From: an uncultured Pseudomonadota bacterium
Lineage (GTDB): Bacteria > JAMCPX01
Direction of reading: 5' to 3'
NCBI GenBank assembly: GCA_964547905.1
Contig: CAZJPN010000050.1
Coordinates: forward strand, 11,049-75,048
Length of the DNA: 64,000 bases
Under the pieces are notes generated by a model. The model ran no database searches. It was not told where the DNA came from and saw only the letters and a list, made by a program, of their open reading frames with translations. This document shows positions 34,706-45,335 of this stretch, piece by piece (within the stretch, counting starts at the first letter, position 1; each line of letters starts with the position of its first letter). Both the position numbers and the translations under genes were made by a program.

Positions 34706-37700
34706 CAGAATTCAAACTTGTATTTTAAATCACCGCCCAAGTTGCCGATATTGTTGTTAGAGGTGTTCGATTGCATTGTAGAAATATTGTTATCCCAGCT
34801 GCCCACGAAATAAAGACTTCTGCTTAACCTGTATTCACTCTGAAAACGCTGCAGGTTGTATCCGCTTAGATCATAAGAGTACATTATATCCAGATCATTG
34901 GTAAGGCGTTTTGTAACCGTGAGCCTTATGCTTGTTGTAGATGCCCCTATCGGGTAATATGGTTCTACCTGAATGTTATCTATCCAGAAAAGCCTTCTGA
35001 ATTTATTAAGATTTTGATTGCCAACCAATTCAGAAAAGATGTCCTTTGCTAACTTACTGCCCACCGCTGTCCCAACCTCATAAGCTGCGGCTGAACTTAT
35101 TCCGCTCTTCATCAAATCAGCCGGCGTTACTCCATAAGTAAGCAGGCTGATTATATCCATTTCATCGAGATTCGGCGGATAAGATGTAAGACTTACATTT
35201 AATTTATCAAGTTCTCCGGCAATGGTTAGATATATACTGTACTCCGTATATTCATTGTTTACCATAAATTGCTGGCTCGTAGAAGCTCTTAAATCTACAA
35301 ATGGATTGTGCAAATGTTCGCTGGTATATGTAACAACGGCATTATCAATACCGAAAACGGTCGACCTGTAATAGAGCTTTCCATCGCTTGTAGAGATGTT
35401 ACCAACTATCACAGGATTATCCACATCACCTGTAATTTTCAGTTCCGCACTCAAAATACTGTTTATGATATTATTATCTATAAAAATGCTGTTTTCCGCT
35501 CCGACGTTAATATTCAACTTCAATGGGTGCCCTTTTTTTTGTTCTATGATTTGAGGTTCATATCTCCTGCGCTGAAATTTAAGCATTTCATCTTCCCAGT
35601 TTATGTAATCCGTGTATGTCGCATCCAAGATTTTTATGTTACCTTCAAGTACAGGCTGGGGATAGTTACCTTGCAGGTCGAGATCGCCCTCCAACCGCAT
35701 TGGAATTGTGTTGGCATAAACAAAGCTGATACCTTTCAAGTTCAAAGAAATATCAAATAGTTTCGGCAACACTCCCTCCATTACAATCCTTCCGTTACCG
35801 GACATTGTCCCTGAATTTATATTCCCCGTCATGTCCTTTATGATTATATTGTTGCCGGCCATAAGCACGGATATGTGTAAACCTGAAACAGATATCGGCT
35901 GTTCAGCTAATGTAGCGTTACCATTCAGATCTGCATTACCATTGAATAAAACATTATCTTTTTCGCCATATATTCTTGCATTAATTTTGAATTTACCGTT
36001 TGCACCGGCAAATATGTTTGTAAAAACGGGTAAATAGCTTAAATCAATATCTGCATCAACAAGCGTATCAATACTACCCTTTAAATTGAAAAACCCCTTC
36101 AATGAAACAAGGCTGTTTTTACCCTTTATGGAAAATTCTCTGAAGTATATATTATCCTTTGCAATATCTATAAACACCGGTTTATCATTCTCGAATACTG
36201 CAAAGTTAGCACCAAATGATACGTTGTTAAGATATACGTATCCAACGAGAGAATCGGGTAAATCTTTGAGCCTGCCTACAAGCCATAATGTTCCCGTGAC
36301 ATCAGAGGTTAAACCGATGCCGGATAAAATCGACAATACAGGATGCACATTGAATTTATCAAATTGGGTCCTGAGCCGGAAAGGATACCCATCCCTTATA
36401 TCAAGTTCGGCTTTGATGTCTAAACTACCGTCAAACACTTCAGCAATGGTTGAGAACACCCTGTCTGAAAAACTAACAGATGCGGAACAATCCGGTATAC
36501 CTACATTATCATAAGTTATATTCTTTAATTTCAAATTCATGCTGCCGATGGGATTATACACCGTTCCGGTAATATCACCCGCAAAAGATGAAACAGCTTT
36601 TACATGAGGGTCCAGTCTTACTATTGTATTCATATTATCGATGCTGAATCTTTCTGTATCAAAATCTACAGCTATATTACCATTTTCTGAAATGTGTCCT
36701 CCTATGTGGAGATTATCTTCACCCTTTTTAAACACGGCGCTATCTATATTGAACACACCATGATCCATGGTCATTTTTAGATAGCCGCTGTCAAATGATT
36801 GGAAGTAAATGTCCGGATGCAGGAAAGAAAGATCCGCATAACCACTCATCGTCCCGATCGGTCCATCAAACCTTACGCTGCCTGTTACATAGCCCCCCAC
36901 GGTAAACCCATTTAGAAACGACCGCGTATTGGTCTGCATCTCTTCCAACCGGGTAAATTTGTAGCCTATGTTATCGGCAATATCCTTCAACAAAACGGGT
37001 TGAAGTTTTGCATCCATATGCAGTTCGACATCTTTTGTAAATTGTATACCACCATCAACGTGCATCCTCGAATCGCCTTTGACAGCCCTTACGGAGTTGA
37101 GAAAAAGAACATTTTTACTGAAGTTTATTACGCCCGTTACATTACCCAATTTTATATGTTCCATGCTATAATTATTGAAAGAAACATCTCCGTGAATAAC
37201 TATATCCTTAAAAGGGCCTGCCACATATCCCTGAACACTGCCAATGCCTGTGTAAGACATAGAAGCAATCGGGCTTACATCATGCATGTCCATTTGCACT
37301 GAATCAAACTGCGAAAACATTGCACCTGTAAAATATAATGCCGTATCTGCATGCAATAAAGAATCGGAGGATTTGATAGTTGTTTCTGTGATATACGCAC
37401 ATTGATTGGTAATGATAAGCCCTGATCGGATGTCAACAGGCTTGACAACCATAATGGTATTTTTTTTCCTGCTCCTGAAAAAATCGTCGTATACGGAAAA
37501 CCTTATGAATTGCAAATCAAAATCACCGGAGAAATACACAGGATTGAACTCACCTTTAACTTCTATTCGCCCCGTTATATCTGCATCCACATATGGATTA
37601 GGTACGGTCAAAGCATACAGCATCTCACCGAAACTTATACCTTTAAGATCCAGTGAGAATTCCGCAGGAAGTTCATCATTCGAAAAATCTATGTCCCCGT

Positions 37701-38712
37701 TAAATTTAACCGTGCCTTTGGCTATCGAAACATCCGCCTTTTTTATATAAAGTTTTTGCGACTTAAATACATAGGATAGATCGCCCGTACCACCTCTTAT
37801 GTGTCCTATTCCCATATCACGAAAACCTACATCCCCGGATGAGGAAGGATTTAGTATGCTACCTTTGACACTTCCGTCAAATTTATAATCTCCGCTCAGC
37901 TCGGGTATTGATACCGGAAGCGTTTTTATGAATGTATTGAATTGCTGTATGTTATCAACCGATGCTTTTAACCTTAAATCGAGGTATGGATTGTCATAAT
38001 CGTTTACACTCCCATGGACAACAAAACTGAATGAATTTGATCGTATTCTTAAGCTGTTTATAGATATATCTCTATTTATAATAGCACCATTGAACTCACT
38101 GTCCGATAGTGTAATAGTGCTGCCGTACCTTGATAGAGACAGTCCTTTTATATCCACGACACCGTTTACGCTTTTACCCGCAAGCTCCGGATATACATTC
38201 ATTGAAACATCCTTCGCTACAACATCGGTACTGGAAGCGGGCATACTGATTGAAAGGGCTGTATTGCTTACAACAACATGTTGAATGGTAACCGGAAGCT
38301 CTCCAGCTATTTTATTAATATCTATGGCTGTTGTTTTGCCATGCATTTTTCCCGGAAGTTTTTTGTTTATCACGAGTGACACCTTTGCATCATTTATATA
38401 AACCACCTTCAATTGAGGCTTTTTTTTGAGTATGCTCGGCGGTTCGAATACAACAGTCAATTTTCCTATTTCGGCTTTATAACTTGCATCACCTTTTATG
38501 AGGAGCGAAGATAAGGTTACACTTGAAGATAAAATGGATATATCTATTCTTCCTATAGAGACATGTATGCCTGTTTTATCCGTTATGAATTTTTCGATTC
38601 TACCCTTGAAAAGATTTTCTACTACGTCGGTTCTTAAAATCACAACAATGGCAAGCATCAGCAGAAGGATGATGCCGTAAAATATATACGCCTTAGTCTT
38701 TCTTTTTTTCAT
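34705..38712 (-). CDS. tamB: Translocation and assembly module protein TamB (AsmA-like, DUF490 C-terminal domain)
   Basis: 1335 aa. Single N-terminal TM anchor. Very long beta-rich repetitive body. C-terminal DUF490-like region. Adjacent to bamA. Confidence 0.8.
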   Translation of the reverse strand: MKKRKTKAYIFYGIILLLMLAIVVILRTDVVENLFKGRIEKFITDKTGIHVSIGRIDISILSSSVTLSSLLIKGDASYKAEIGKLTVVFEPPSILKKKPQLKVVYINDAKVSLVINKKLPGKMHGKTTAIDINKIAGELPVTIQHVVVSNTALSISMPASSTDVVAKDVSMNVYPELAGKSVNGVVDIKGLSLSRYGSTITLSDSEFNGAIINRDISINSLRIRSNSFSFVVHGSVNDYDNPYLDLRLKASVDNIQQFNTFIKTLPVSIPELSGDYKFDGSVKGSILNPSSSGDVGFRDMGIGHIRGGTGDLSYVFKSQKLYIKKADVSIAKGTVKFNGDIDFSNDELPAEFSLDLKGISFGEMLYALTVPNPYVDADITGRIEVKGEFNPVYFSGDFDLQFIRFSVYDDFFRSRKKNTIMVVKPVDIRSGLIITNQCAYITETTIKSSDSLLHADTALYFTGAMFSQFDSVQMDMHDVSPIASMSYTGIGSVQGYVAGPFKDIVIHGDVSFNNYSMEHIKLGNVTGVINFSKNVLFLNSVRAVKGDSRMHVDGGIQFTKDVELHMDAKLQPVLLKDIADNIGYKFTRLEEMQTNTRSFLNGFTVGGYVTGSVRFDGPIGTMSGYADLSFLHPDIYFQSFDSGYLKMTMDHGVFNIDSAVFKKGEDNLHIGGHISENGNIAVDFDTERFSIDNMNTIVRLDPHVKAVSSFAGDITGTVYNPIGSMNLKLKNITYDNVGIPDCSASVSFSDRVFSTIAEVFDGSLDIKAELDIRDGYPFRLRTQFDKFNVHPVLSILSGIGLTSDVTGTLWLVGRLKDLPDSLVGYVYLNNVSFGANFAVFENDKPVFIDIAKDNIYFREFSIKGKNSLVSLKGFFNLKGSIDTLVDADIDLSYLPVFTNIFAGANGKFKINARIYGEKDNVLFNGNADLNGNATLAEQPISVSGLHISVLMAGNNIIIKDMTGNINSGTMSGNGRIVMEGVLPKLFDISLNLKGISFVYANTIPMRLEGDLDLQGNYPQPVLEGNIKILDATYTDYINWEDEMLKFQRRRYEPQIIEQKKGHPLKLNINVGAENSIFIDNNIINSILSAELKITGDVDNPVIVGNISTSDGKLYYRSTVFGIDNAVVTYTSEHLHNPFVDLRASTSQQFMVNNEYTEYSIYLTIAGELDKLNVSLTSYPPNLDEMDIISLLTYGVTPADLMKSGISSAAAYEVGTAVGSKLAKDIFSELVGNQNLNKFRRLFWIDNIQVEPYYPIGASTTSIRLTVTKRLTNDLDIMYSYDLSGYNLQRFQSEYRLSRSLYFVGSWDNNISTMQSNTSNNNIGNLGGDLKYKFEF

Positions 38713-38872
38713 CTTTCACTTCTACCGTATCCGGCTTTTGTCCCTGCACGCGGTATTCCTCCTTAAGCCATTTACCGAGATCTATCATTTTACATCTATA
38801 GGAACAGAATGGTCTATATGGATTCCCTTCCCAACCGATCTTTTTTTTGCATACAGGACATCGAATATTCAT
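38693..38872 (-). CDS. yacG: DNA gyrase inhibitor YacG (zinc-ribbon protein), 59 aa; below the ORF-track size cut-off; 3' end overlaps the tamB start by 20 nt
   Basis: Manual translation gives MNIRCPVCKKKIGWEGNPYRPFCSYRCKMIDLGKWLKEEYRVQGQKPDTVEVKDEKKKD. Compare E. coli YacG …CPTCGK.V.W…[22 protein letters not shown].R…: conserved CPxC…RPFCSxRCxxIDLGxW.xEE.R. Confidence 0.85.
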   Translation of the reverse strand: MNIRCPVCKKKIGWEGNPYRPFCSYRCKMIDLGKWLKEEYRVQGQKPDTVEVKDEKKKD

Positions 38873-38942
38873 ATAGTTAATTATATAGCAGCAAAACAGG
38901 AGGTTTTAAAGAAAATAAAATGATCTAAAAATGATTTGTCTG

Positions 38943-39581
38943 CTAATCTATAAGCCTCTGTCTGAGTGCTATTGCCACTGCCTCCGTTTTATCCGAGGCT
39001 CCAAGTTTTTCGTACACCTTTTTAAGATGTCTTTTTACCGTCTCTTCACTTATGGAGAAAGCTGTTGCTATTTCCTTGTATCGTTTCCCGTCCGAAAGCA
39101 TCGAAAGTATACCAAGCTCTATGCTGGACAACACCTTGCTCTTTTCTATCTGCATATCCACAGCAATTTTTTTGAGAACAGGGAGCGTGACTGCCGATTG
39201 AAGAAAACCGTTGCCATGATAAACAGAGCGAATTGCATTAACAAGTTCAACGGAACTTACGTCTTTCAAAAGATATCCTTTTGCTCCGGCATGTATGGAT
39301 TCAAAAACATAATTAGGGTTATCGTACATTGAAAGTACAATCACACTGCACTTCTTAAAATCTCTGACAATTTTCGGGATAAGCGATATCCCTCCCACAT
39401 TTTTCATCTTTATATCAAGCAGCATCACATCGACTTTAATTTTTCCGAGTATGCCCAGAACTTCATCGCCATCTTTCGCTTCGGCTACAACTCTCATGTC
39501 GTTCTGATTGTTTATAATATACTTTATACCTTCCCTGACAACCTTATGATCATCAACAAGCATTACCGAGATATTGTTCAT
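38943..39581 (-). CDS. Two-component response regulator, NarL/FixJ (LuxR-type HTH) family
   Basis: Receiver domain (MLVDDHKVVREG…D…LLDIKM…) plus C-terminal LuxR HTH (…ISEETVKRHLKKVYEKLG…). Start set at MNNISVMLVDDH. Confidence 0.85.
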   Translation of the reverse strand: MNNISVMLVDDHKVVREGIKYIINNQNDMRVVAEAKDGDEVLGILGKIKVDVMLLDIKMKNVGGISLIPKIVRDFKKCSVIVLSMYDNPNYVFESIHAGAKGYLLKDVSSVELVNAIRSVYHGNGFLQSAVTLPVLKKIAVDMQIEKSKVLSSIELGILSMLSDGKRYKEIATAFSISEETVKRHLKKVYEKLGASDKTEAVAIALRQRLID

Positions 39582-39695
39582 ATGGATGCTTATAAACAAA
39601 AAAATTACTTTTTTCAAACATTACTTTCAACACCGCCAACTTGACATAAAAGACCAAAAGAGTGATTCTTTAACTCAAGGCACGGTAAAATTTAT

Positions 39696-40703
39696 ATGCG
39701 GAACAAAAAGGCCGATACAAAAATTATCAAGAATATAAGAAAGATAGCCATAACAGGAGTAAACAGCTTTATAGGCTGCAATCTTACCAGGCAACTCTCC
39801 CACAATCCGAAGTACAAAATCATAGCAATAGATATAAGAAAACCGGACTTTCTCGGGAAAAATATCAAATTTTATAAGATCGATCTTACAGAACCAATGA
39901 TTGACGCCGTAATTGCAGGGATCTTCAAAAAAGAGGGTATTGACGAAGTTATACATCTTGCATTTTTATCCGGACCGATAAAGAATACCTCCCTTTCACA
40001 CGAGCTTGAAGTAATAGGCACGCTAAACATACTCCATGCGTCATCAGCGGTAAAATTAAAGAAATTCATAATAAGATCGACAACCATGGCATACGGTGCA
40101 AACGCAACAAACCCAAACTTTCTTACAGAAGAACATCCTTTAATGGCAGACCCAAAGATGGAGTACCTAAAAGATAAGGTAGAAGTAGAATATCTTGTTA
40201 AGAGGTTTAAAGAAAAAAATCCTCAAGCCACGGTCACTGCTTTAAGACTATGCGCAATAATGGGTCCGACAGTGAAAAACTTTTTAACTTCCTACTTTGC
40301 AAGTCCCGTAATACTTACAATACTCGGGTTTGATCCGCTGTTTCAATTTGTACACGAGGAGGATGTTATAGATATTTTCAGGGTAGTTGTCGAGGACGAT
40401 TATCCGGGTATATTCAATATAGTGGGAAGGGGTGTTCTTCCGTTCAGTACCATACTAAAACTATCCGGTAAGATCGGCATCCCAATCCCGTATAAGATAG
40501 CATACTCAATGGTAGGGGTATTGTGGTCAGCCAATTTATCTCCGGTACCACCAACTTTTCTCGACTTCCTTAAATACACATGGCTTGCAGATGGGGCTAA
40601 AGCAAAAAAGATAATGAAATTTGAAGCACGCTACAAAATAAAAGATACACTGAAAAGTCTTACGGGAACCTATCGTCTGAGGGAATTAAAGCTGGTGGGT
40701 TGA
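39696..40703 (+). CDS. NAD-dependent epimerase/dehydratase family protein (extended SDR)
   Basis: Rossmann motif ITGVNSFIGCNL. 335 aa. Confidence 0.75.
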   Translation: MRNKKADTKIIKNIRKIAITGVNSFIGCNLTRQLSHNPKYKIIAIDIRKPDFLGKNIKFYKIDLTEPMIDAVIAGIFKKEGIDEVIHLAFLSGPIKNTSLSHELEVIGTLNILHASSAVKLKKFIIRSTTMAYGANATNPNFLTEEHPLMADPKMEYLKDKVEVEYLVKRFKEKNPQATVTALRLCAIMGPTVKNFLTSYFASPVILTILGFDPLFQFVHEEDVIDIFRVVVEDDYPGIFNIVGRGVLPFSTILKLSGKIGIPIPYKIAYSMVGVLWSANLSPVPPTFLDFLKYTWLADGAKAKKIMKFEARYKIKDTLKSLTGTYRLRELKLVG

Positions 40704-41683
40704 AAATAATCATGGGGAAAAGCATGCACAAAAACAACATACCGTCTTTATCCTCAAAAACAAAACATTCTGTAAATACAAAGGGATCCCACGCTGGGTT
40801 TACCCTTGCTCCTGCCTTAACCGGAAAGGTAAAGGAATTCTTTTCTCAATTCTCCACAAAAAAGATCAAAGAGCAACTATCCGGTATAACTATGTGGGCA
40901 ACCTCTATGGAGATTGATGAATTCGGACTCGATCCGATATTTACGGCAAAAGCAAAGGTCTTCTTCGATCTGCTTTATGACAAATGGTGGAGGATAGAAG
41001 CTATCGACATGCATAACATACCTTCGTCAGGCAGGGCATTGCTCGTTTCCAATCATTCAGGGGGAATCCCGATAGACGGAGCCATGATCGTAACATCCAT
41101 TGTCAAAAAACATCCTGTTAAACGGATCGCAAGACCACTCGTGGAAGACTTTGCATATTACATGCCGTTCGTGAATTCGTTTCTTATAAAAACAGGAAGT
41201 GTAAGGGCATCCCAGGAAAATGCGGAAAGATTACTCGAAAAGGAACAACTTGTCATAGTCTTCCCGGAAGGCATAAAAGGCATAGGTAAGCCTTTTAAGG
41301 ACAGGTATAAATTGCAGAGATTCGGAAGGGGTGGATACATAAAACTTGCAATAAAAACACATTCACCGATTATACCGGTAGCAGTTGTCGGTGCAGAAGA
41401 AGCCTATCCGATTATAGGAAGAATCGACTGGCTTGGTAAAATATTCGGCGTTCCGTACCTCCCGACAACACTATTTTTTCCATGGCTCGGACCTATTGGA
41501 GCAATACCACTTCCAACAAAGTGGTATATAAAATACGGCAAACCGATTGACATGGAAAAGTATAGTGAGCATGACATCGATGACGATATTCTTATAAACA
41601 GATTATCCGAAAATGTAAGAACACGTATACAACAAATGTTAACAGAAATGCTCAAGCAAAGAAAATCCATATTCTTCGGCTAA
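40700..41683 (+). CDS. Lysophospholipid (1-acyl-sn-glycerol-3-phosphate-type) acyltransferase
   Basis: Acyltransferase HxxxxD motif (…LVSNHSGGIPIDGAMI…) and FPEG block (…VIVFPEGIKGIG…). Confidence 0.8.
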   Translation: MKIIMGKSMHKNNIPSLSSKTKHSVNTKGSHAGFTLAPALTGKVKEFFSQFSTKKIKEQLSGITMWATSMEIDEFGLDPIFTAKAKVFFDLLYDKWWRIEAIDMHNIPSSGRALLVSNHSGGIPIDGAMIVTSIVKKHPVKRIARPLVEDFAYYMPFVNSFLIKTGSVRASQENAERLLEKEQLVIVFPEGIKGIGKPFKDRYKLQRFGRGGYIKLAIKTHSPIIPVAVVGAEEAYPIIGRIDWLGKIFGVPYLPTTLFFPWLGPIGAIPLPTKWYIKYGKPIDMEKYSEHDIDDDILINRLSENVRTRIQQMLTEMLKQRKSIFFG

Positions 41684-41712
41684 CTCGCAAAAATTGCATT
41701 TTTCGGTTCAAA
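41680..41712. repeat. Post-stop palindromic element, copy at the acyltransferase 3' end
   Basis: cTAACTCGCAAAAATTGCATTTTTCGGTTcaaac. The TAA at 41681-83 is the acyltransferase stop. Confidence 0.7.
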
Positions 41713-41754
41713 CACTTGACTATAAAAATAATTTCTACATAATGAAGTCTTCAT

Positions 41755-41827
<73 letters not shown>

Positions 41828-41958
41828 TTTTGCTTTTCAATAGATTAGTCGATCCTCTCTACGTCTCAATTCACTCCTGCTACCGTTTTTGCTATAATAT
41901 TGTTGAAACTCTGTTAACCCAAAAACCTTATCTCTTTAAAATTTGTAGCCTCGCCTCA

Positions 41959-43761
41959 TTATTCGAACCATTCTGGCCGCATCTTAAGAGTGAGCCCTTC
42001 TGCTTTTCCCAGGGTTTCCGCAATGCCCTTTATTTTGGGAAGTTCATAGGTAAAAAAATACCTGCAAGTATGAATCTTGGATTTATAGAAAGTATCGTCC
42101 TTTTTATTGGAAGCTGAACGAAGAGCTATGCTTGCTTTGGTCGCCTGCAGAAGCCACTGCCATGCTATAGTAATGATACCAAAGAGCTCAAGGTAGAGCG
42201 TGGCGTCAGCCAAGAAAAATTCTGTCTCACCCTTACGAGCAATACCGATGAGTGATTCTGTGATGCCTTGCAAAATTTTTATCGCCTCTGCAAGCAAACC
42301 TGCACAATCTTTACACTCATCTATCTCATGGCCAGCCGCAATAGCCTTCTTAAGCTCTTCCAGAAACAGCAAAAAGGCCCTGCCATTTTTCATTACGACT
42401 TTACGTCCGAGCAAGTCCATCCCCTGAATGCCGGTCGTCCCCTCATGGATCGAGTGAATTCGTACGTCACGGTAGTACTGTTCGAGAGGAAATTCGTCGC
42501 AATAACCGTAGCCGCCAAGACACTGCAAACCTTGACTTACCGAGAGAATTCCCATTTCGGATGGATAACTCTTAGCGACCGGAGTGAGGAGATCGAGTAA
42601 AAGCTCATATCGTTCTTTTTCCTCCCCTTGAGTTACAAAGGCCAAGTCAACATATTGGGAACATTGGAAAATAAGGGATAGTGAGCCTTCAACTACAGCA
42701 CGCTGAAAAAGCAGCATTCTTTTTATATCGGCATGTTCTATTATCGGTATCTGGGGGGTAAGCGGATCTTTAGACGCGATCGGCCTTCCCTGAGGACGCT
42801 GTTTCGTATACTCGAGAGAGGCATAATAAGCGGCTGAAGCAATCGCGGTAGCACCCATACCAACATCGATCCTTGCCTCGTTCATCATTTGGAACATGTA
42901 ACTCAAGCCCCTGTTCGGTTCACCAACCAACCAACCGCGGCAGTCATCATTGTCTCCAAACGCAAGCTGTGTGATCGGTGCACCTCGGTAGCCAAGTTTG
43001 TGGTAGATACCCATACAGGTTACATCATTTGTTACCAATCCGCCGTTTTTTTCTGGACGTTTTTTCGGGACAACAAACAGTGATATTCCCTTGACTCCTA
43101 TGGGCGCTCCCTCTATCCTGCCCAACAGCAGATGGACAACGTTTTCTATTGATTCATAATCTGAAGAGGAGATGAATATCTTCTGTCCCTTTATTCTGTA
43201 AAAGCCTTCCTTAGTTGGGATCGCGAGCGTCGTAATATCGGTAAGCGAGGAGCCTGCTTGGGGTTCTGTTAAGGCCATCGTTCCCTGCCAGAGGCCAGCA
43301 AACATCTTTTGCACATAGGTTTGAATCAACTCTTGAGATCCGAACGAGGTTATCAGATGAGCTGCGCCGGCTGTCAAAAACGGATAAACTGAAGCCGAGT
43401 AATTAGCAGCGGCGAAAATGCCGCGAAACGCTGTCATAAGCATATTCGGGATCTGTTGCCCGCCATACTCATAGGAAGACTCCGCCCCTATCCATCCTCC
43501 CTCACCACAGGCCTTCATGATCTGTGCTGCCAGCGGGTGGACATACACTTTACCATCTTTGAATTCAGGCGGTTTTTTGTCCATTTCGGTAAAAGCAGGG
43601 AAGAGCATATCCTTCCCCATCTGCATCGCTGTAGAGAGAACCAGATCAAAGGTTTCCTTACTGTGATCGGAAAAATATGGGTATTTGGTTAACCGAGCAG
43701 CGTCGAACATTTCGTAGAGTAAGAACTCTAAATTCCTTAAATTAATAAATTGTTCAGCCAT
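41959..43761 (-). CDS. Acyl-CoA dehydrogenase (600 aa, long N- and C-terminal extensions)
   Basis: ACAD catalytic signature regions (…YRDVRIHSIHEGTTGIQG…, …GGYGYCDEFP…). A half-copy of the post-stop palindrome (TTTTTGGGTTAAC at ~41913-41926, minus strand) follows its stop. Confidence 0.82.
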   Translation of the reverse strand: MAEQFINLRNLEFLLYEMFDAARLTKYPYFSDHSKETFDLVLSTAMQMGKDMLFPAFTEMDKKPPEFKDGKVYVHPLAAQIMKACGEGGWIGAESSYEYGGQQIPNMLMTAFRGIFAAANYSASVYPFLTAGAAHLITSFGSQELIQTYVQKMFAGLWQGTMALTEPQAGSSLTDITTLAIPTKEGFYRIKGQKIFISSSDYESIENVVHLLLGRIEGAPIGVKGISLFVVPKKRPEKNGGLVTNDVTCMGIYHKLGYRGAPITQLAFGDNDDCRGWLVGEPNRGLSYMFQMMNEARIDVGMGATAIASAAYYASLEYTKQRPQGRPIASKDPLTPQIPIIEHADIKRMLLFQRAVVEGSLSLIFQCSQYVDLAFVTQGEEKERYELLLDLLTPVAKSYPSEMGILSVSQGLQCLGGYGYCDEFPLEQYYRDVRIHSIHEGTTGIQGMDLLGRKVVMKNGRAFLLFLEELKKAIAAGHEIDECKDCAGLLAEAIKILQGITESLIGIARKGETEFFLADATLYLELFGIITIAWQWLLQATKASIALRSASNKKDDTFYKSKIHTCRYFFTYELPKIKGIAETLGKAEGLTLKMRPEWFE

Positions 43762-43786
43762 AAACCTGTCCCTTTTCCCTTTAAAA

Positions 43787-43802
43787 TACCAAGATTAATC
43801 TT
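43787..43802. promoter_or_regulatory. Perfect 16-bp palindrome CCAAGATTAATCTTGG in the divergent ACAD/ctpA spacer
   Basis: CCAAGATT|AATCTTGG, ~26 nt upstream of the ACAD ATG (minus strand). Confidence 0.4.
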
Positions 43803-43979
43803 GGCTACTTAATGAAGTCGGCTATCTTTTAAACTACCTTAAAGTTGTTGGTTAAGCTTGTCAAGTTTTTAATGGCTGAGGCAGATGTTTTTCCTTTCTT
43901 GAATTTCATCGAATAAATATAATAATCAGGACGCACTCAATCTCTTGTCTTTTCAAAGAAAAGGCTTTATGATATAAAA

Positions 43980-45335
43980 ATGAATAAATCCAATACGGAG
44001 GAACAAATGAAACCGAAAACGATTAGAAGCTGGTGGATAGTGATCCTTATTCTGGCTGTTACCTCAGCTTTTGCAGCTAAAATTGTAGCCAATAAAGAAC
44101 TCCCTCAAAAGAGTAACGAAACCAGATATGAAGAACTTGGTCTGTTTACATCTGTTCTTAACAAAGTCCAAAAAGACTATGTAGAACCTGTAAGCACGAA
44201 AAAGCTCATCTATGGTGCTTTAAAGGGCATGATCAGCTCTCTCGATCCTCATTCAGGCTTCATGACACCCAATGAATATAAAGATCTCGAAGTAAGCACA
44301 CAGGGACAATTCGGCGGTGTTGGGATGACAATAACACTAAAGAACGGCATACTTACGGTAATATCTCCTATAGAAGATACACCTGCTGCAAAAGCAGGGA
44401 TAGAACCAGGTGATAAAATTATCATGATAGACGGTAAACCTACAAATGATCTCACCCTTGAACAAGACCTTGATATGATACGCGGACCGAGCGGTACGAA
44501 AGTGAGGATAACTGTTATCAGGGAAGGATTGAAACAGCCAAAGATTTTTGATTTAACAAGGGAAATCATAAAAATTAAAAGTGTTAAATACGACGTTATT
44601 GATGGACATTATGGATACATAAGGATTATACAGTTTCAGGAAACTACCAACAGCGAACTTCAGAAAGCTCTTGACGAAATACATAAAAAAACAGGCAATG
44701 ACGTTGAAGGTGTTATACTTGATTTGAGAAATAATCCAGGCGGGCTGCTCGATCAGGCAGTTGCTGTTGCCTCCCGCTTTATAAAGAGCGGCCTTATTGT
44801 TTACACAAAGGGCAGACTTCCGGATCAACAATTAAAGTTTATGGCAAGCGGTAAAAATGTCGAACCCGATTATCCTATAGTAGCTTTAATTAACGGTGGT
44901 ACGGCAAGCGCCTCCGAGATAGTCGCCGGTGCATTACAGGATCACAAGAGGGCGATAATCGTTGGAACACCAAGCTTTGGCAAAGGCTCCGTTCAAACAA
45001 TTATTCCGTTAGAGGACGGCTCTGCACTCCGCCTGACTACCGCCCTTTACTACACGCCAAACGGCAAATCTATCCAGGCCGAAGGAATACAACCCAACAT
45101 AACGATGCACGAAGAGAAGATCGTAGAAGAAGAATCACAGAATATTTTTGGTGTAAAAGAAAAAGATCTTGAAGGGCATTTCCCTGCACAAAATAAATTA
45201 CCAAAAGAGAAAATAAAAGAGACAAAGAAGACAGAGAACCTATTGAGCGATAGTGAAATAAAGCGTGCACTTGATATACTGAAGGGTATCCACCTTTACA
45301 CTGCTATAAATGGAGGTAGCACTGTCAAAAATTAA
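43980..45335 (+). CDS. ctpA: Carboxyl-terminal processing protease (S41 family, PDZ domain)
   Basis: N-terminal TM anchor, PDZ region and S41 catalytic core (…GGTASASEIVAGALQDHKRAIIVGTPSFGKGSVQ…). Confidence 0.88.
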   Translation: MNKSNTEEQMKPKTIRSWWIVILILAVTSAFAAKIVANKELPQKSNETRYEELGLFTSVLNKVQKDYVEPVSTKKLIYGALKGMISSLDPHSGFMTPNEYKDLEVSTQGQFGGVGMTITLKNGILTVISPIEDTPAAKAGIEPGDKIIMIDGKPTNDLTLEQDLDMIRGPSGTKVRITVIREGLKQPKIFDLTREIIKIKSVKYDVIDGHYGYIRIIQFQETTNSELQKALDEIHKKTGNDVEGVILDLRNNPGGLLDQAVAVASRFIKSGLIVYTKGRLPDQQLKFMASGKNVEPDYPIVALINGGTASASEIVAGALQDHKRAIIVGTPSFGKGSVQTIIPLEDGSALRLTTALYYTPNGKSIQAEGIQPNITMHEEKIVEEESQNIFGVKEKDLEGHFPAQNKLPKEKIKETKKTENLLSDSEIKRALDILKGIHLYTAINGGSTVKN

